A DNA stretch of 62,514 bases, the filler included, from Deltaproteobacteria bacterium (GTDB lineage: Bacteria; JAEEML01): NCBI GenBank assembly GCA_016283195.1. It is 3 parts of 3 records of this genome, joined end to end, with 100 filler letters (N's around TTAATTAATTAA, not from the genome) between each part and the next. Parts side by side here need not be neighbours in the genome. Positions count along the whole stretch, not along the records: positions 33,976 to 62,514 come from JAEEML010000076.1; 2 more parts are not named here. The stretch is one strand, 5' to 3'. Below the pieces are notes generated by a model, which worked only from the letters and a program-made list of their open reading frames with translations, searched no databases and was not told the DNA's origin. Made by a program: the position numbers and the translations under genes. This document shows positions 47,682-56,561 of the stretch, one piece after another. Within the stretch, counting starts at the first letter, position 1. Each line of letters opens with the position of its first letter.

Positions 47682-49435
47682 TGGAATTTATCTGGCACCA
47701 TGCTCTTCTTTTAATAATTCTTGTGCCGTTTTTGGCTTCGCTGCTGCTTTTTACTTTCCCCAAAAGTCCCGGCGGCGGGCAAAGACAATTTTCTTTAGTT
47801 GTCGCTGTAGTGATTCTGTTGGCGGCAATTGGCCTTTCTTATGGCCATTATTATCTTTTTCCTGATTGGCAACTAGGCGATTACCTTAGCCACAGCCAAT
47901 TTTTAGCTGTTAATTATCATGCCGATGCCGATAGTTTCACCCTCTTTCTTTTGCTGGTGGCGGCCATAGCTATTTTGCTTTCGGTTTTATTGGCCCCGCG
48001 GCGTTTGCCGGAATTACGCTCTTATTATGCCTTGCTATTTTTAGGCGAGTCGTTGCTGTTTTTAAATATAACTGCGCAAAATTTAATAATTTTTGTGGCT
48101 TCTTTCCTGCTTGGTACACTGCTTGGCCTTTGGCTTGGTTGGCGCTGGCTGGCGGCCGAATATGCCGGGGATTTGCGCCGTTTTGTTTTGTGGCGCCTGA
48201 GTGCCATCTTTATTTTGTTCATCGGCATTATTATGCTGGGCCAGGCTGCTTCTTCTTTTGATGTTTCACAAATTGCTGAATTTATAGCCGATTCGCCCAT
48301 AGAACCTGAGTTGCAAAAGCGCATATTTGCAGTGCTTGTGAGCGGCATACTCCTGCTTATTCCTCTTTATCCCTGGCCGCTTTTTTCCGCAGTTTGGCAA
48401 AATACCCCCCATGGTTTTATTGTGCTACGCCTATTGGAAACACTCTCTTTGCTCCATTTTCTGGTGGGGATTGTTATGCCCATACTGCCACTGGGAGTGG
48501 CAAACGCCGCGCCATTACTGGCTCTTATCACTATCTTTTCGGCTCTGGCTGCTTCGGCCCTCTCGCTGCATGAAGAAGATTTGCGCAATATCTTTTGGCG
48601 CATTCTTTGTGCTTTCAATGCCTTTTCGCTGACTGCCATTTTCAGTCTCCGGGCCGAGGGAATAAGCGGGGGACTTTTGCTGGCCTTTAGTGTGGCTGCC
48701 ATTTATGTCGGTATTAGCTGGTATCACCGGGAAATGTTGCCGCATCGCATACCATGTTTGATAGATCGCCACCAGGGATTGGCGGCACAGGCACCAAAAA
48801 CAGCGCTTATATATGCTTTTTTAGCCGCCGGATTTACTGTTTTGCCGCTTTTTGCCACTTTGGGCAGTATATTGCTAAGTTTTAGCGGTCTATGGCAGAG
48901 CCCACTGGTAGCTAGCTACATTACTTATAAAGAAATTGTTCATCTGGCGACTTTTTTAGTGCTTTTGGCCCTTTTAGTGGCCAGTATTGCGCTTGTTCCA
49001 TGGCTTCTCAAAGCACTTTACAATAACAGGATAAGTAGAGTTATTTTTGTCATTATTTTGTTCCTCTGGCTGTTGCTTTTGGGGCAATTTCTTATTGCCT
49101 CGCCAATTAGTCTCGGCCTCTGCCCGAGGCTCTATCACAGCTTTGACAGCGATGATGGACCTTTTGGACAACTATTTAATTTTATTGCTATTCTTTTCGT
49201 GGTTGGCCTTGTTTTTCAGCATATCGGAGTGGCCAGGGCGGTTATTCGCTTACTCACCGGCACGCCTTCGCTCATAGTGCAAAATCCGCCTATGGAATTT
49301 GCCGAACATAAGCGGCTGCTGGGCTGGTTTATAGTGGCACTTTTGGTCTTATTGGGTTTGGCCCAGAGCGGATATTCCAGATTTATCGAGGAGCTTGCAG
49401 TCTCGGTGGCCAAAGCGCTGGGAGTGGCATTATGA
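47681..49435 (+). CDS. Divergent NuoM-like subunit
   Basis: VNYHADADSF, QNLIIF, MPILP, GISGG and GLAAQAPK match the NuoM scaffold; extra hydrophobic segment near the C-terminus. Confidence 0.7.
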   Translation: MEFIWHHALLLIILVPFLASLLLFTFPKSPGGGQRQFSLVVAVVILLAAIGLSYGHYYLFPDWQLGDYLSHSQFLAVNYHADADSFTLFLLLVAAIAILLSVLLAPRRLPELRSYYALLFLGESLLFLNITAQNLIIFVASFLLGTLLGLWLGWRWLAAEYAGDLRRFVLWRLSAIFILFIGIIMLGQAASSFDVSQIAEFIADSPIEPELQKRIFAVLVSGILLLIPLYPWPLFSAVWQNTPHGFIVLRLLETLSLLHFLVGIVMPILPLGVANAAPLLALITIFSALAASALSLHEEDLRNIFWRILCAFNAFSLTAIFSLRAEGISGGLLLAFSVAAIYVGISWYHREMLPHRIPCLIDRHQGLAAQAPKTALIYAFLAAGFTVLPLFATLGSILLSFSGLWQSPLVASYITYKEIVHLATFLVLLALLVASIALVPWLLKALYNNRISRVIFVIILFLWLLLLGQFLIASPISLGLCPRLYHSFDSDDGPFGQLFNFIAILFVVGLVFQHIGVARAVIRLLTGTPSLIVQNPPMEFAEHKRLLGWFIVALLVLLGLAQSGYSRFIEELAVSVAKALGVAL

Positions 49436-50862
49436 CTAATTTGCTGCCGGTTTTATCACCTTTATTGCTACCACTCATAATAGCGGCTTTTTTAGTGCTT
49501 ATTGCCGGTACTGCGCTTAGCAAAAAAATACTGCGTGTCGAAGGTCAGAGAGCTTCAACGCATCTGTTTTTACTTCTTTTCGGCACGACGCTGGCCACCA
49601 TATATGTGGCGATAGGGCGCTGTATCCGGGAGGGCAGTATTGCAAATATATTGTCGCTGCTCATTATCAGCGCCACTTTTTTGCTGCTTTTTTTAGCCTT
49701 TGCATCGCCGGATATTGTAAAAAACGGTCACTCCGCCGGTGATGTCGGAGCTCTCCTGCTCCTTGCGGCGGCCGCGGCGGTTTTAGCCGTAAACAGCAAT
49801 AATTTACTTATTATGATTGTTGCGCTTTCCGGGGCTGTTACTGCCTGTTTGGCTGTGGCTAATATGGAAGGTTTGCCTGAAACAAGGCTGGTATTTACTA
49901 TGCCGGCTATTATTTATCTGATAACGGTTTTCATGATTATTATTTTGGGGGCCGTTTTGCTCTATGGCGCTGTAAATACTTTTGATCTAATTGAAATAAT
50001 TAAATATCACGAGCTTGATAAGGCGCCGGCACTTACTTTGTTTTGGACGGGAATAATCATAATCATATTGGCATTACTAACTTTTATGCCGCTCTTTCCG
50101 TTTAATTTTTTGTGGCCGGAACTTATAGCCGGCGGTAAGACAGTTGGAGTAGCGGCCTTTTTTTCCACCGTTTCTTTAACGGCAGTTGGCCTGTGGCTTA
50201 AATTTGCGCCACTTTTTGCAACTAAGCCGAAATTAATGTGGTGCCTGGCTGTTCTCGCTGTTATTACTATGTTTTTTGGCGCTCTGGTTGCTTTGCGCGA
50301 GCGGGTTTTATCGGCCTTGATAGCCGATGTGATAATTTATTTAGCTGGTGAAATGCTGCTTTTCTTTACCATAGCATTTAAGAATAGTGGCAATATTGCC
50401 CATGAAATTATAATTGCTGCCGGCCCGCATTTTATAACGATAATAGCACTTTTGGGCCTAAAGAGTATTTTACAAACCGAAAGCAATTCCTATGCCGTTA
50501 AGCCTTATAAATGCCTGACCGGACTTTGGCGCCGCTCACCGTTTTTGGCGGCCGCGCTTATTTTTATTTTGTTCTCTTTGGCCGGGATTCCGCTCACCGC
50601 CGGATTTACTCTTTCTCTTAGCCTTTTACGCGTGCTGGCGACGCTGTCTCTTACCTTTAGCATTGCTTTCGCTTTGGCCAATATTATGATGCTGTCAGCG
50701 GCTGTGCGCCTTGTTTACACCATTTGTTTTACAAAATCTGAAGCAGAAATTGTGCCAAAATTTTCTAAATATTTACTTTTTCTGTTAATGATCTCTCTCG
50801 GGCTTTTGGTGCTTTGGGGAATTATGCCCGATGTACCGCTGCTTCTGCTTGGTGGCAGATAG
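49432..50862 (+). CDS. Divergent NuoN-like subunit
   Basis: GAVLLYG, PFNFLWP, ITMFFGALVAL and GLWRRSPFLA..FSLAGIPLTAGF motifs. Confidence 0.8.
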   Translation: MTNLLPVLSPLLLPLIIAAFLVLIAGTALSKKILRVEGQRASTHLFLLLFGTTLATIYVAIGRCIREGSIANILSLLIISATFLLLFLAFASPDIVKNGHSAGDVGALLLLAAAAAVLAVNSNNLLIMIVALSGAVTACLAVANMEGLPETRLVFTMPAIIYLITVFMIIILGAVLLYGAVNTFDLIEIIKYHELDKAPALTLFWTGIIIIILALLTFMPLFPFNFLWPELIAGGKTVGVAAFFSTVSLTAVGLWLKFAPLFATKPKLMWCLAVLAVITMFFGALVALRERVLSALIADVIIYLAGEMLLFFTIAFKNSGNIAHEIIIAAGPHFITIIALLGLKSILQTESNSYAVKPYKCLTGLWRRSPFLAAALIFILFSLAGIPLTAGFTLSLSLLRVLATLSLTFSIAFALANIMMLSAAVRLVYTICFTKSEAEIVPKFSKYLLFLLMISLGLLVLWGIMPDVPLLLLGGR

Positions 50863-50890
50863 CTAATTTATTGAAAGTTGGAGGGTTTTT

Positions 50891-52690
50891 ATGGATCTTT
50901 TTTGTCAGCATTGTAACCAGCAGTATTATGCGGAAACCTATGTTGAAGGCATGGTGTGCCCGGTTTGCAACTCTGTATTGGTTATGTTGGAGCAGGTAGC
51001 AGCCCCTGCAGCTCCTGTTCAGGAATCTGTGCCGGCCGAAGCGCAGCAAGAGGCGGTAGCTCCTGTGGAAGAGGCGGTAGCTCCTGTGGAAGAGCCGGTA
51101 GCCCCTGTGGAAGAGCCGGTGGCCCCTGTGGAAGAGGCGGTAGCTCCAGTGGAAGAGGCGGTAGCTCCAGTGGAAGAGGCGGTAGCTCCAGTGGAAGAGG
51201 CGGTGGCCCCTGTGGAAGAGCCGGTGGCCCCTGTGGAAGAGGCGGTAGCCCCTGTGGAAGAGGCGGTAGCCCCTGTGGAAGAGCCGGTAGCCCCTGTGGA
51301 AGAGGCGGTAGCTCCAGTGGAAAGTGTGTCCGAAGAACCGGCGTCTATGCCGGTTTCTGCCGGTGATGCCAATAATTTTTTACCTACTTTTTCTTTTTCA
51401 TCATTTACTGGTAATGCGCCTGAAAGTACCGGCGATGCAGTCCCACCGGCAGCTGCCGAGCCGCCTATGGCGCCGGTTGACGCTGTTGCCGCTGCGAATG
51501 TGGCGCCGGAAGAGCCTGTGGAACAATCAATAGAACAGCCGCAACCGCTTGAAACGGCTGTTGCTCCCGAGACTTCAAGTGCCGCTGGCCCGGAATTGCC
51601 AAAATTCGATATTTCCTGGGATAGCCCATTGGCGGCCGGCGGAGAAGTGCCTTTATCATCAGCTCCTGTTGATAGCAGTGCTACTCCGGGCGGTTTTGAA
51701 CTGCCAAGTTTCCCTGATTTTTCTCTGCCGCCTATTGATGGCATGGATTCTTCAGCGCCTGCCGAAAATGCCGAAGCACCAAAGACTAATGAAGAAATGG
51801 CCGATGGTGTTGATGTAGCCGATGTGGCCGGCAGTGTTGATATTGCCGCCGGAGAAGCGGCCGCAGCCCCAGGTGTAGAAAGTGAAGAGCCGTCTGCACC
51901 TCTTGCTGCCGCTCCGGTGCCGCCACCGATGCCAGTGCCGCCGCCACGGCCGATGGAAAAAGAAAACTCCACGTCTGTGGCTGACCAATTAGGTTTGCCG
52001 GATCTCGGCATTGCTATTGAAAAGCCTAAAAAACCGCAAGTTGAGCTGGTGAGTGCCGAAGAAGCTAAAGAGGTGGCCGAAGCCAAAGAGGCAGTGGAAA
52101 AGCAGGGCGGTAGTAAAGCTCCGCTCATTATTCTTATTGCCATTATCATTGCTGCCGGTTTGGCTTGCCCATTTATCGACCCGGATTTGGGCTTCTTTGG
52201 CTACAAGAAAATCGGCTTGGCTGTAGGCCTTATTGAGCCACCGCCGCCGCCCAAGCCCATTGAGCCCACCCCGCGCGAAAAGGCATTGCTGGCTTATAAG
52301 AAGGCCGTTGAACTGGTGCAGGCCGGAGCCAATGACAGCGCCATAGACAAATTTAAAGAGGCTCTTACTTTTGATGCCACAATTGGCAGAATACATCGCG
52401 ACTTGGCTATTTCTTATGCCAAAGCCGGCAAAAAAGATGACTCCGTGGAGAGTTACCGGGCATATTTAAAACTTGAACCGGCTGCCGATGATGCCAAGGA
52501 TGTGCAGAAAATTATTGATGAATATGATGCCCAAAAGAAGAAAGAAGCCGAGGAAAAATTAGCTGCGGAAAAGAAAGCGGAAGAAGAGCGCATTGCAGCC
52601 GAGAAAAAGGCAGAAGCCGAGGCAGCTAAAAAAGCGGCTAAAAACAAAAAATCTTCTAAAAAATCAAAAAGTTCTAAGAAAAAACGCTAA
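50891..52690 (+). CDS. Zinc-ribbon / acidic Pro-rich linker / TM / TPR protein
   Basis: CQHC...CPVC at the N-terminus; TM LIILIAIIIAAGLA; TPR HRDLAISYAKAG..YRAYLKLEP; Lys-rich tail. Confidence 0.8.
   Translation: MDLFCQHCNQQYYAETYVEGMVCPVCNSVLVMLEQVAAPAAPVQESVPAEAQQEAVAPVEEAVAPVEEPVAPVEEPVAPVEEAVAPVEEAVAPVEEAVAPVEEAVAPVEEPVAPVEEAVAPVEEAVAPVEEPVAPVEEAVAPVESVSEEPASMPVSAGDANNFLPTFSFSSFTGNAPESTGDAVPPAAAEPPMAPVDAVAAANVAPEEPVEQSIEQPQPLETAVAPETSSAAGPELPKFDISWDSPLAAGGEVPLSSAPVDSSATPGGFELPSFPDFSLPPIDGMDSSAPAENAEAPKTNEEMADGVDVADVAGSVDIAAGEAAAAPGVESEEPSAPLAAAPVPPPMPVPPPRPMEKENSTSVADQLGLPDLGIAIEKPKKPQVELVSAEEAKEVAEAKEAVEKQGGSKAPLIILIAIIIAAGLACPFIDPDLGFFGYKKIGLAVGLIEPPPPPKPIEPTPREKALLAYKKAVELVQAGANDSAIDKFKEALTFDATIGRIHRDLAISYAKAGKKDDSVESYRAYLKLEPAADDAKDVQKIIDEYDAQKKKEAEEKLAAEKKAEEERIAAEKKAEAEAAKKAAKNKKSSKKSKSSKKKR
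51050..51322 (+). repeat. 21-bp coding tandem repeat, 13 copies (E[A/P]VAPVE)
   Basis: GAG(G/C)CGGT(A/G)GC(T/C)CC(T/A)GTGGAA units counted directly. Confidence 0.95.
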
Positions 52691-52781
52691 TTGAATCTCT
52701 CATGCCTTGGTCCAAAGCTCACCATGCGCAGTATCTCCGGCCGGTTTTATTGGAAAATCATCCATTCTGTAAGGTAACATT

Positions 52782-53957
52782 ATGAAATATCGTCTTGACC
52801 CCAAATCTGGTAATAAGCTTTCGCAGCTGGGCCTTGGTTGCATGCGCTTTCCCAAAAGCGATGCCGAAACAGAAAAAATTTTACTACGGGCCATTGAAGG
52901 CGGCATTAATTACTTTGATACTGCCTATATTTATGGCGATTCCGAGGCGCGTTTGGGCAAAATTTTGGCGGCGCACGATCTGCGTAAAAAGATTTATATT
53001 GCCACTAAGTTACCGCTTATTATGCTGCGAAAACCGGAGGATATTGAGCGCTATTTTCAAACGGAACTGGCCAGGCTGAAGACAGATTATATTGACTATT
53101 ATCTGCTCCACATGTTGCCCGATGTGGCTTATATGAACAAGCTGCGCGAGTGGGGGATTGAAAAGTGGCTTAGTGAAAAGAAGGCCGCCGGCGCTATTAG
53201 GCATGTAGGCTTTTCTTTTCATGGCACTAATCAGGCTTTTACCGAGCTGTTGGAGGATTATCCCTGGGAGTTTTGCCTTATCCAATATAATTATGTGGAT
53301 GAGTTTAACCAGGCCGGGGTAAAGGGCCTAAAGCTGGCGGCGGAGAAGGGCCTGCCGGTGATGATTATGGAGCCGCTTTTAGGCGGGCGCCTGGCCACCA
53401 GTTTGCCAGAGGCGGCTTTAAAGCTCATAAAAGCCTATGATGAGCAGCTTACTCCGGCGGCGTTTGGCCTTAACTGGCTGTGGAATCAAAAAGAGCCCAC
53501 GGTGGTGCTCTCCGGCATGAGTTCACTCACGCAGCTGGAAGAGAATCTGGCACTGGCCGATAAAGCCGAGCCGGAGATGCTCACTAAAGAAGATATTGAC
53601 CTTTATGAGGCTGTTAAAGCCGCTTTTGTCGCCGCTGATAAAATCCACTGCACCGGCTGCAATTACTGCATGCCTTGCCCGAAAAATGTAAATATTCCCT
53701 GCTGTTTTAAATCGTATAATATGTCGTATTCACAAAGCTATTATGCCGGGTTGCACAATTATATGAAGGAGGCCGGGCTCACTTCTACCACTATTAGTGC
53801 GGCCAGTAATTGTATTGGTTGCGGCAAATGTGAGCGCCACTGCCCGCAGCACATAGAAATAAGAAAAGAATTAAAGAAAGTAGAAAAGCGTTTGGAACCG
53901 TTTTGGATTAAGCTAGGATATAAAGCAGCGCGCAAGGTGCTGAAACGCGGCTCGTAA
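52782..53957 (+). CDS. Aldo/keto reductase with C-terminal 4Fe-4S domain
   Basis: LGLGCMRF, NYFDTAY, DYIDYYLLH, MEPLLGG, CTGCNYCMPCP and CIGCGKCERHCPQ motifs. Confidence 0.92.
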   Translation: MKYRLDPKSGNKLSQLGLGCMRFPKSDAETEKILLRAIEGGINYFDTAYIYGDSEARLGKILAAHDLRKKIYIATKLPLIMLRKPEDIERYFQTELARLKTDYIDYYLLHMLPDVAYMNKLREWGIEKWLSEKKAAGAIRHVGFSFHGTNQAFTELLEDYPWEFCLIQYNYVDEFNQAGVKGLKLAAEKGLPVMIMEPLLGGRLATSLPEAALKLIKAYDEQLTPAAFGLNWLWNQKEPTVVLSGMSSLTQLEENLALADKAEPEMLTKEDIDLYEAVKAAFVAADKIHCTGCNYCMPCPKNVNIPCCFKSYNMSYSQSYYAGLHNYMKEAGLTSTTISAASNCIGCGKCERHCPQHIEIRKELKKVEKRLEPFWIKLGYKAARKVLKRGS

Positions 53958-53971
53958 CAGGTGGAAAAAAT

Positions 53972-55315
53972 ATGCCAAATAAAAAGCTCGTTTATGTGGT
54001 TTCTTTAGGCTGCCCAAAAAATCTGGTGGATACCGAGACTATGCTGGGGTCGCTCGCCGATGTGGGCTATAAGCCCACAAGTGAGCCTAAAGAGGCCGAT
54101 ATTTTGCTGATAAATACTTGTGGCTTTTTGCTGAGCTCGCGCCAGGAATCCATAGATACAATTTTGGAACTGGCCGATATTAAAGCAGAAACAGGTGCTC
54201 TTTTGGTGGTGGTCGGCTGCTTGGTGGAGCATAATGAAGCCGAGCTCAAAGAGGCTCTCCCCGAAGTGGATGAATGGGTTGGAGTAGGGCGTTATAGCAA
54301 GTTGGCGGCTATTTTAGAGCCGCGCCTCAAGGGCAAAAAAGGGCGCGATAAAGCGTTGCCTTATTATGCCATCGGCCCGGATGAAGCGCGCCTTTTAAGC
54401 GGCAAAGGCTATGCGGCCTATGTGAAAATTGCCGAGGGCTGCTCCATGGATTGCGCTTTTTGCAAAATACCGCAAATCAGGGGCCGGCAAATCTCCCGCC
54501 CCATGGAGGAAATTCGCGATGAAGTAGCGCGGCTGGCGGCCAGCGGAGTCAAAGAGGTGACCATGATTGCCCAAAATCTCTCAGCCTATGGTAGCGATCT
54601 CTATGGACGCGGCAAGTTGCCGGAATTATTGAAAATGCTTGATAATTCCGCCAGCCCGCCCTGGCTGCGCCTGCTCTATCTTTACCCTCTTGGCTGCACT
54701 GTGGAACTCTTGGAAACCATTGCTGCTTCGAGCCGCATCTTGCCCTATATTGATTTGCCTTTGCAGACAATTTCCGACCATCTTTTAAAAGATATGCGCC
54801 GCCATATTGGCGAAAAGCGCACCCGCGAGCTGGTAAAGCGCATCAGAGATATTATTCCCGGGGTGACTTTGCGCTCTACTTTTATTGTCGGCCTGCCCGG
54901 AGAAACAGAAGACGATTTTAACAAACTATGCGATTTTGTTGCCGAAAGCTCCTTTGACCACCTGGGCGTTTTTGCCTTTTCCCCGGAGGAGGGCACGCTG
55001 GCTGCCACCTTGCCCAACCAGGTGCCGGCCAAAGTGGCCGAAAAGCGGGCCAAAAAGCTCATGAATTTGCAAAAAAAGCTCTCGCGGCAGAAGCTAAAAA
55101 ATTACCTGCATCAAAAGCTGGAAGTTTTGGTGGAAGGAGTGAGCGAAGAGAGCGATCTTTTGCTTTCGGCTCGCCACAAAGGGCAGGCGCCGGATGGCAT
55201 CGACGGCCTGGTTTATATTAACGAAGGCCAGGCGAATGAAGGCGATTTGCTTAATGTGGAAATAGTAAAAACCGGTGATTATGACCTGGTGGGGCGGATT
55301 GCTGATAATGACTGA
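53972..55315 (+). CDS. rimO: Ribosomal protein S12 methylthiotransferase
   Basis: SLGCPKNLVD, INTCGF, YVKIAEGCSMDCAFCKIP, WLRLLYLYP and C-terminal TRAM (QAPDGIDG..YDL). Confidence 0.93.
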   Translation: MPNKKLVYVVSLGCPKNLVDTETMLGSLADVGYKPTSEPKEADILLINTCGFLLSSRQESIDTILELADIKAETGALLVVVGCLVEHNEAELKEALPEVDEWVGVGRYSKLAAILEPRLKGKKGRDKALPYYAIGPDEARLLSGKGYAAYVKIAEGCSMDCAFCKIPQIRGRQISRPMEEIRDEVARLAASGVKEVTMIAQNLSAYGSDLYGRGKLPELLKMLDNSASPPWLRLLYLYPLGCTVELLETIAASSRILPYIDLPLQTISDHLLKDMRRHIGEKRTRELVKRIRDIIPGVTLRSTFIVGLPGETEDDFNKLCDFVAESSFDHLGVFAFSPEEGTLAATLPNQVPAKVAEKRAKKLMNLQKKLSRQKLKNYLHQKLEVLVEGVSEESDLLLSARHKGQAPDGIDGLVYINEGQANEGDLLNVEIVKTGDYDLVGRIADND

Positions 55316-55994
55316 TGGAGAGGTGAGCGCCGCGCTAAATGAGCTTTGGGCCGATTTAAGCCGCCGCCCCCTGTGGCGCCGGCCTTATACCTGGCTTTAT
55401 ATTAAGCTTATGACTAAGTATCGCCTGAAATTGCTCTCTCCCAAAGATGTAAAAATTTTGGTGCCGCGCGGCAAAGTCAATTATTGCCATGAGTGCTGTG
55501 ATAATTGCTGCCTTGGTAAGCACTCGGCTGTGCTCCTCCATTTGCAGGATATAGCCATGCTTTTGGACAAGGGCCATGAGAGCTATATTTCCCAGGAAAA
55601 ACCAACTTTTGCCAAAGAAGTGTTAAATGAACGGCCGGCTCTGGAGCGCAACCAGCGCTCTGTTTATTGGCGCGTCTTTCCCATTATTAAGCAAAATAAA
55701 TTCCATGCTTGCAGCGCTCTTGGTGTGGACGGCCTCTGCAAACTTTACCCTAATTGGCCGCTCAGCTGCGCCCGTTTTCCTTATTCTCTCCATGCCGACG
55801 ATAAGCGCATTTTTTTTAGCCCGCGCTGCCCCAGCTATCTTTTGGATGAAGTGCGCGGCGCCCGGGCGGCGGTGATGATTAAGGCCGCTGTAGAGGCTTA
55901 TAATGCCCAAATCAAGGACATTATTTTATTGCATTATGTGCCGGAAAAACTTAGCGAACTGGGGCTAATGAAGTATTTAAAGTGGCCGCTCTGA
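55308..55994 (+). CDS. YkgJ-family Cys-cluster protein
   Basis: CHECCDNCC and CSAL..DGLCKLYPNWPLSCARFPY motifs. Confidence 0.8.
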   Translation: MTDGEVSAALNELWADLSRRPLWRRPYTWLYIKLMTKYRLKLLSPKDVKILVPRGKVNYCHECCDNCCLGKHSAVLLHLQDIAMLLDKGHESYISQEKPTFAKEVLNERPALERNQRSVYWRVFPIIKQNKFHACSALGVDGLCKLYPNWPLSCARFPYSLHADDKRIFFSPRCPSYLLDEVRGARAAVMIKAAVEAYNAQIKDIILLHYVPEKLSELGLMKYLKWPL

Positions 55995-56138
55995 ATTCAT
56001 TCTTGTCACCTGGTGCGGCAATAAGCGCGGCACCTGAAATATTTAGTAATAAATAAGCTCTTGCTAAGTGTCTAGCTTGTGGTATCTTCACTGCGGTTCA
56101 GCTTTTTATGCAGTCTGGAGAGGAGATCGCTTAAACAG

Positions 56139-56561
56139 ATGAATTTTCCGCTAGATGCACCGGTGACGCCGGAAAAACTTAATGCTCTTAAAGAGCGCCT
56201 TGCCGCCCTAAAGATAGATCTCTCCCAGGTGGAGGCCAGTTATATCCGCTGCCCCGGCCCGGGCGGGCAAAAGGTTAATAAGACTTCCAGCGGAGTTTAT
56301 CTTAAATATCCGCCACTTGACATAGCTGTCAAATGGACGCGTGAACGCTCGCGGGCTCTAAATCGCTTTTTAGCTCTCCGCGAATTGGCCGATGAAATTG
56401 AGGCCCGTCTCTCGCCTGGTACTTCCCAAAGACTCACCAAAGAGCAAAAGATTGCCCGCCAGAAAGCTAGGCGCAAAAGGCGCTCAGCCAGTGCCGCGCG
56501 GGTAGTGGAATCTATGGAAATTAAAACAAATTTTCAAAAAGAGGAGGAAAATAATGAGTAG
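56139..56561 (+). CDS. Peptidyl-tRNA hydrolase of the RF-1/ArfB-like family (ribosome rescue)
   Basis: GPGGQKVNKTSS, ERSRALNR and basic tail RQKARRKRR. Confidence 0.85.
   Translation: MNFPLDAPVTPEKLNALKERLAALKIDLSQVEASYIRCPGPGGQKVNKTSSGVYLKYPPLDIAVKWTRERSRALNRFLALRELADEIEARLSPGTSQRLTKEQKIARQKARRKRRSASAARVVESMEIKTNFQKEEENNE

Noticed and set aside
44985-50862. Mrp Na+/H+ antiporter or DabAB-type carbon pump assignment
   Set aside because: Gene order and sizes match nuoJKLMN; no mrpE/F/G or DabA-like gene is adjacent, and those systems keep the charged residues missing here.
51050-51322. Tandem arrays (21, 39 and 66 bp) as possible CRISPR arrays
   Set aside because: No unique spacers, unit lengths are multiples of 3 with synonymous variation, all lie inside ORFs, and no cas genes are present.
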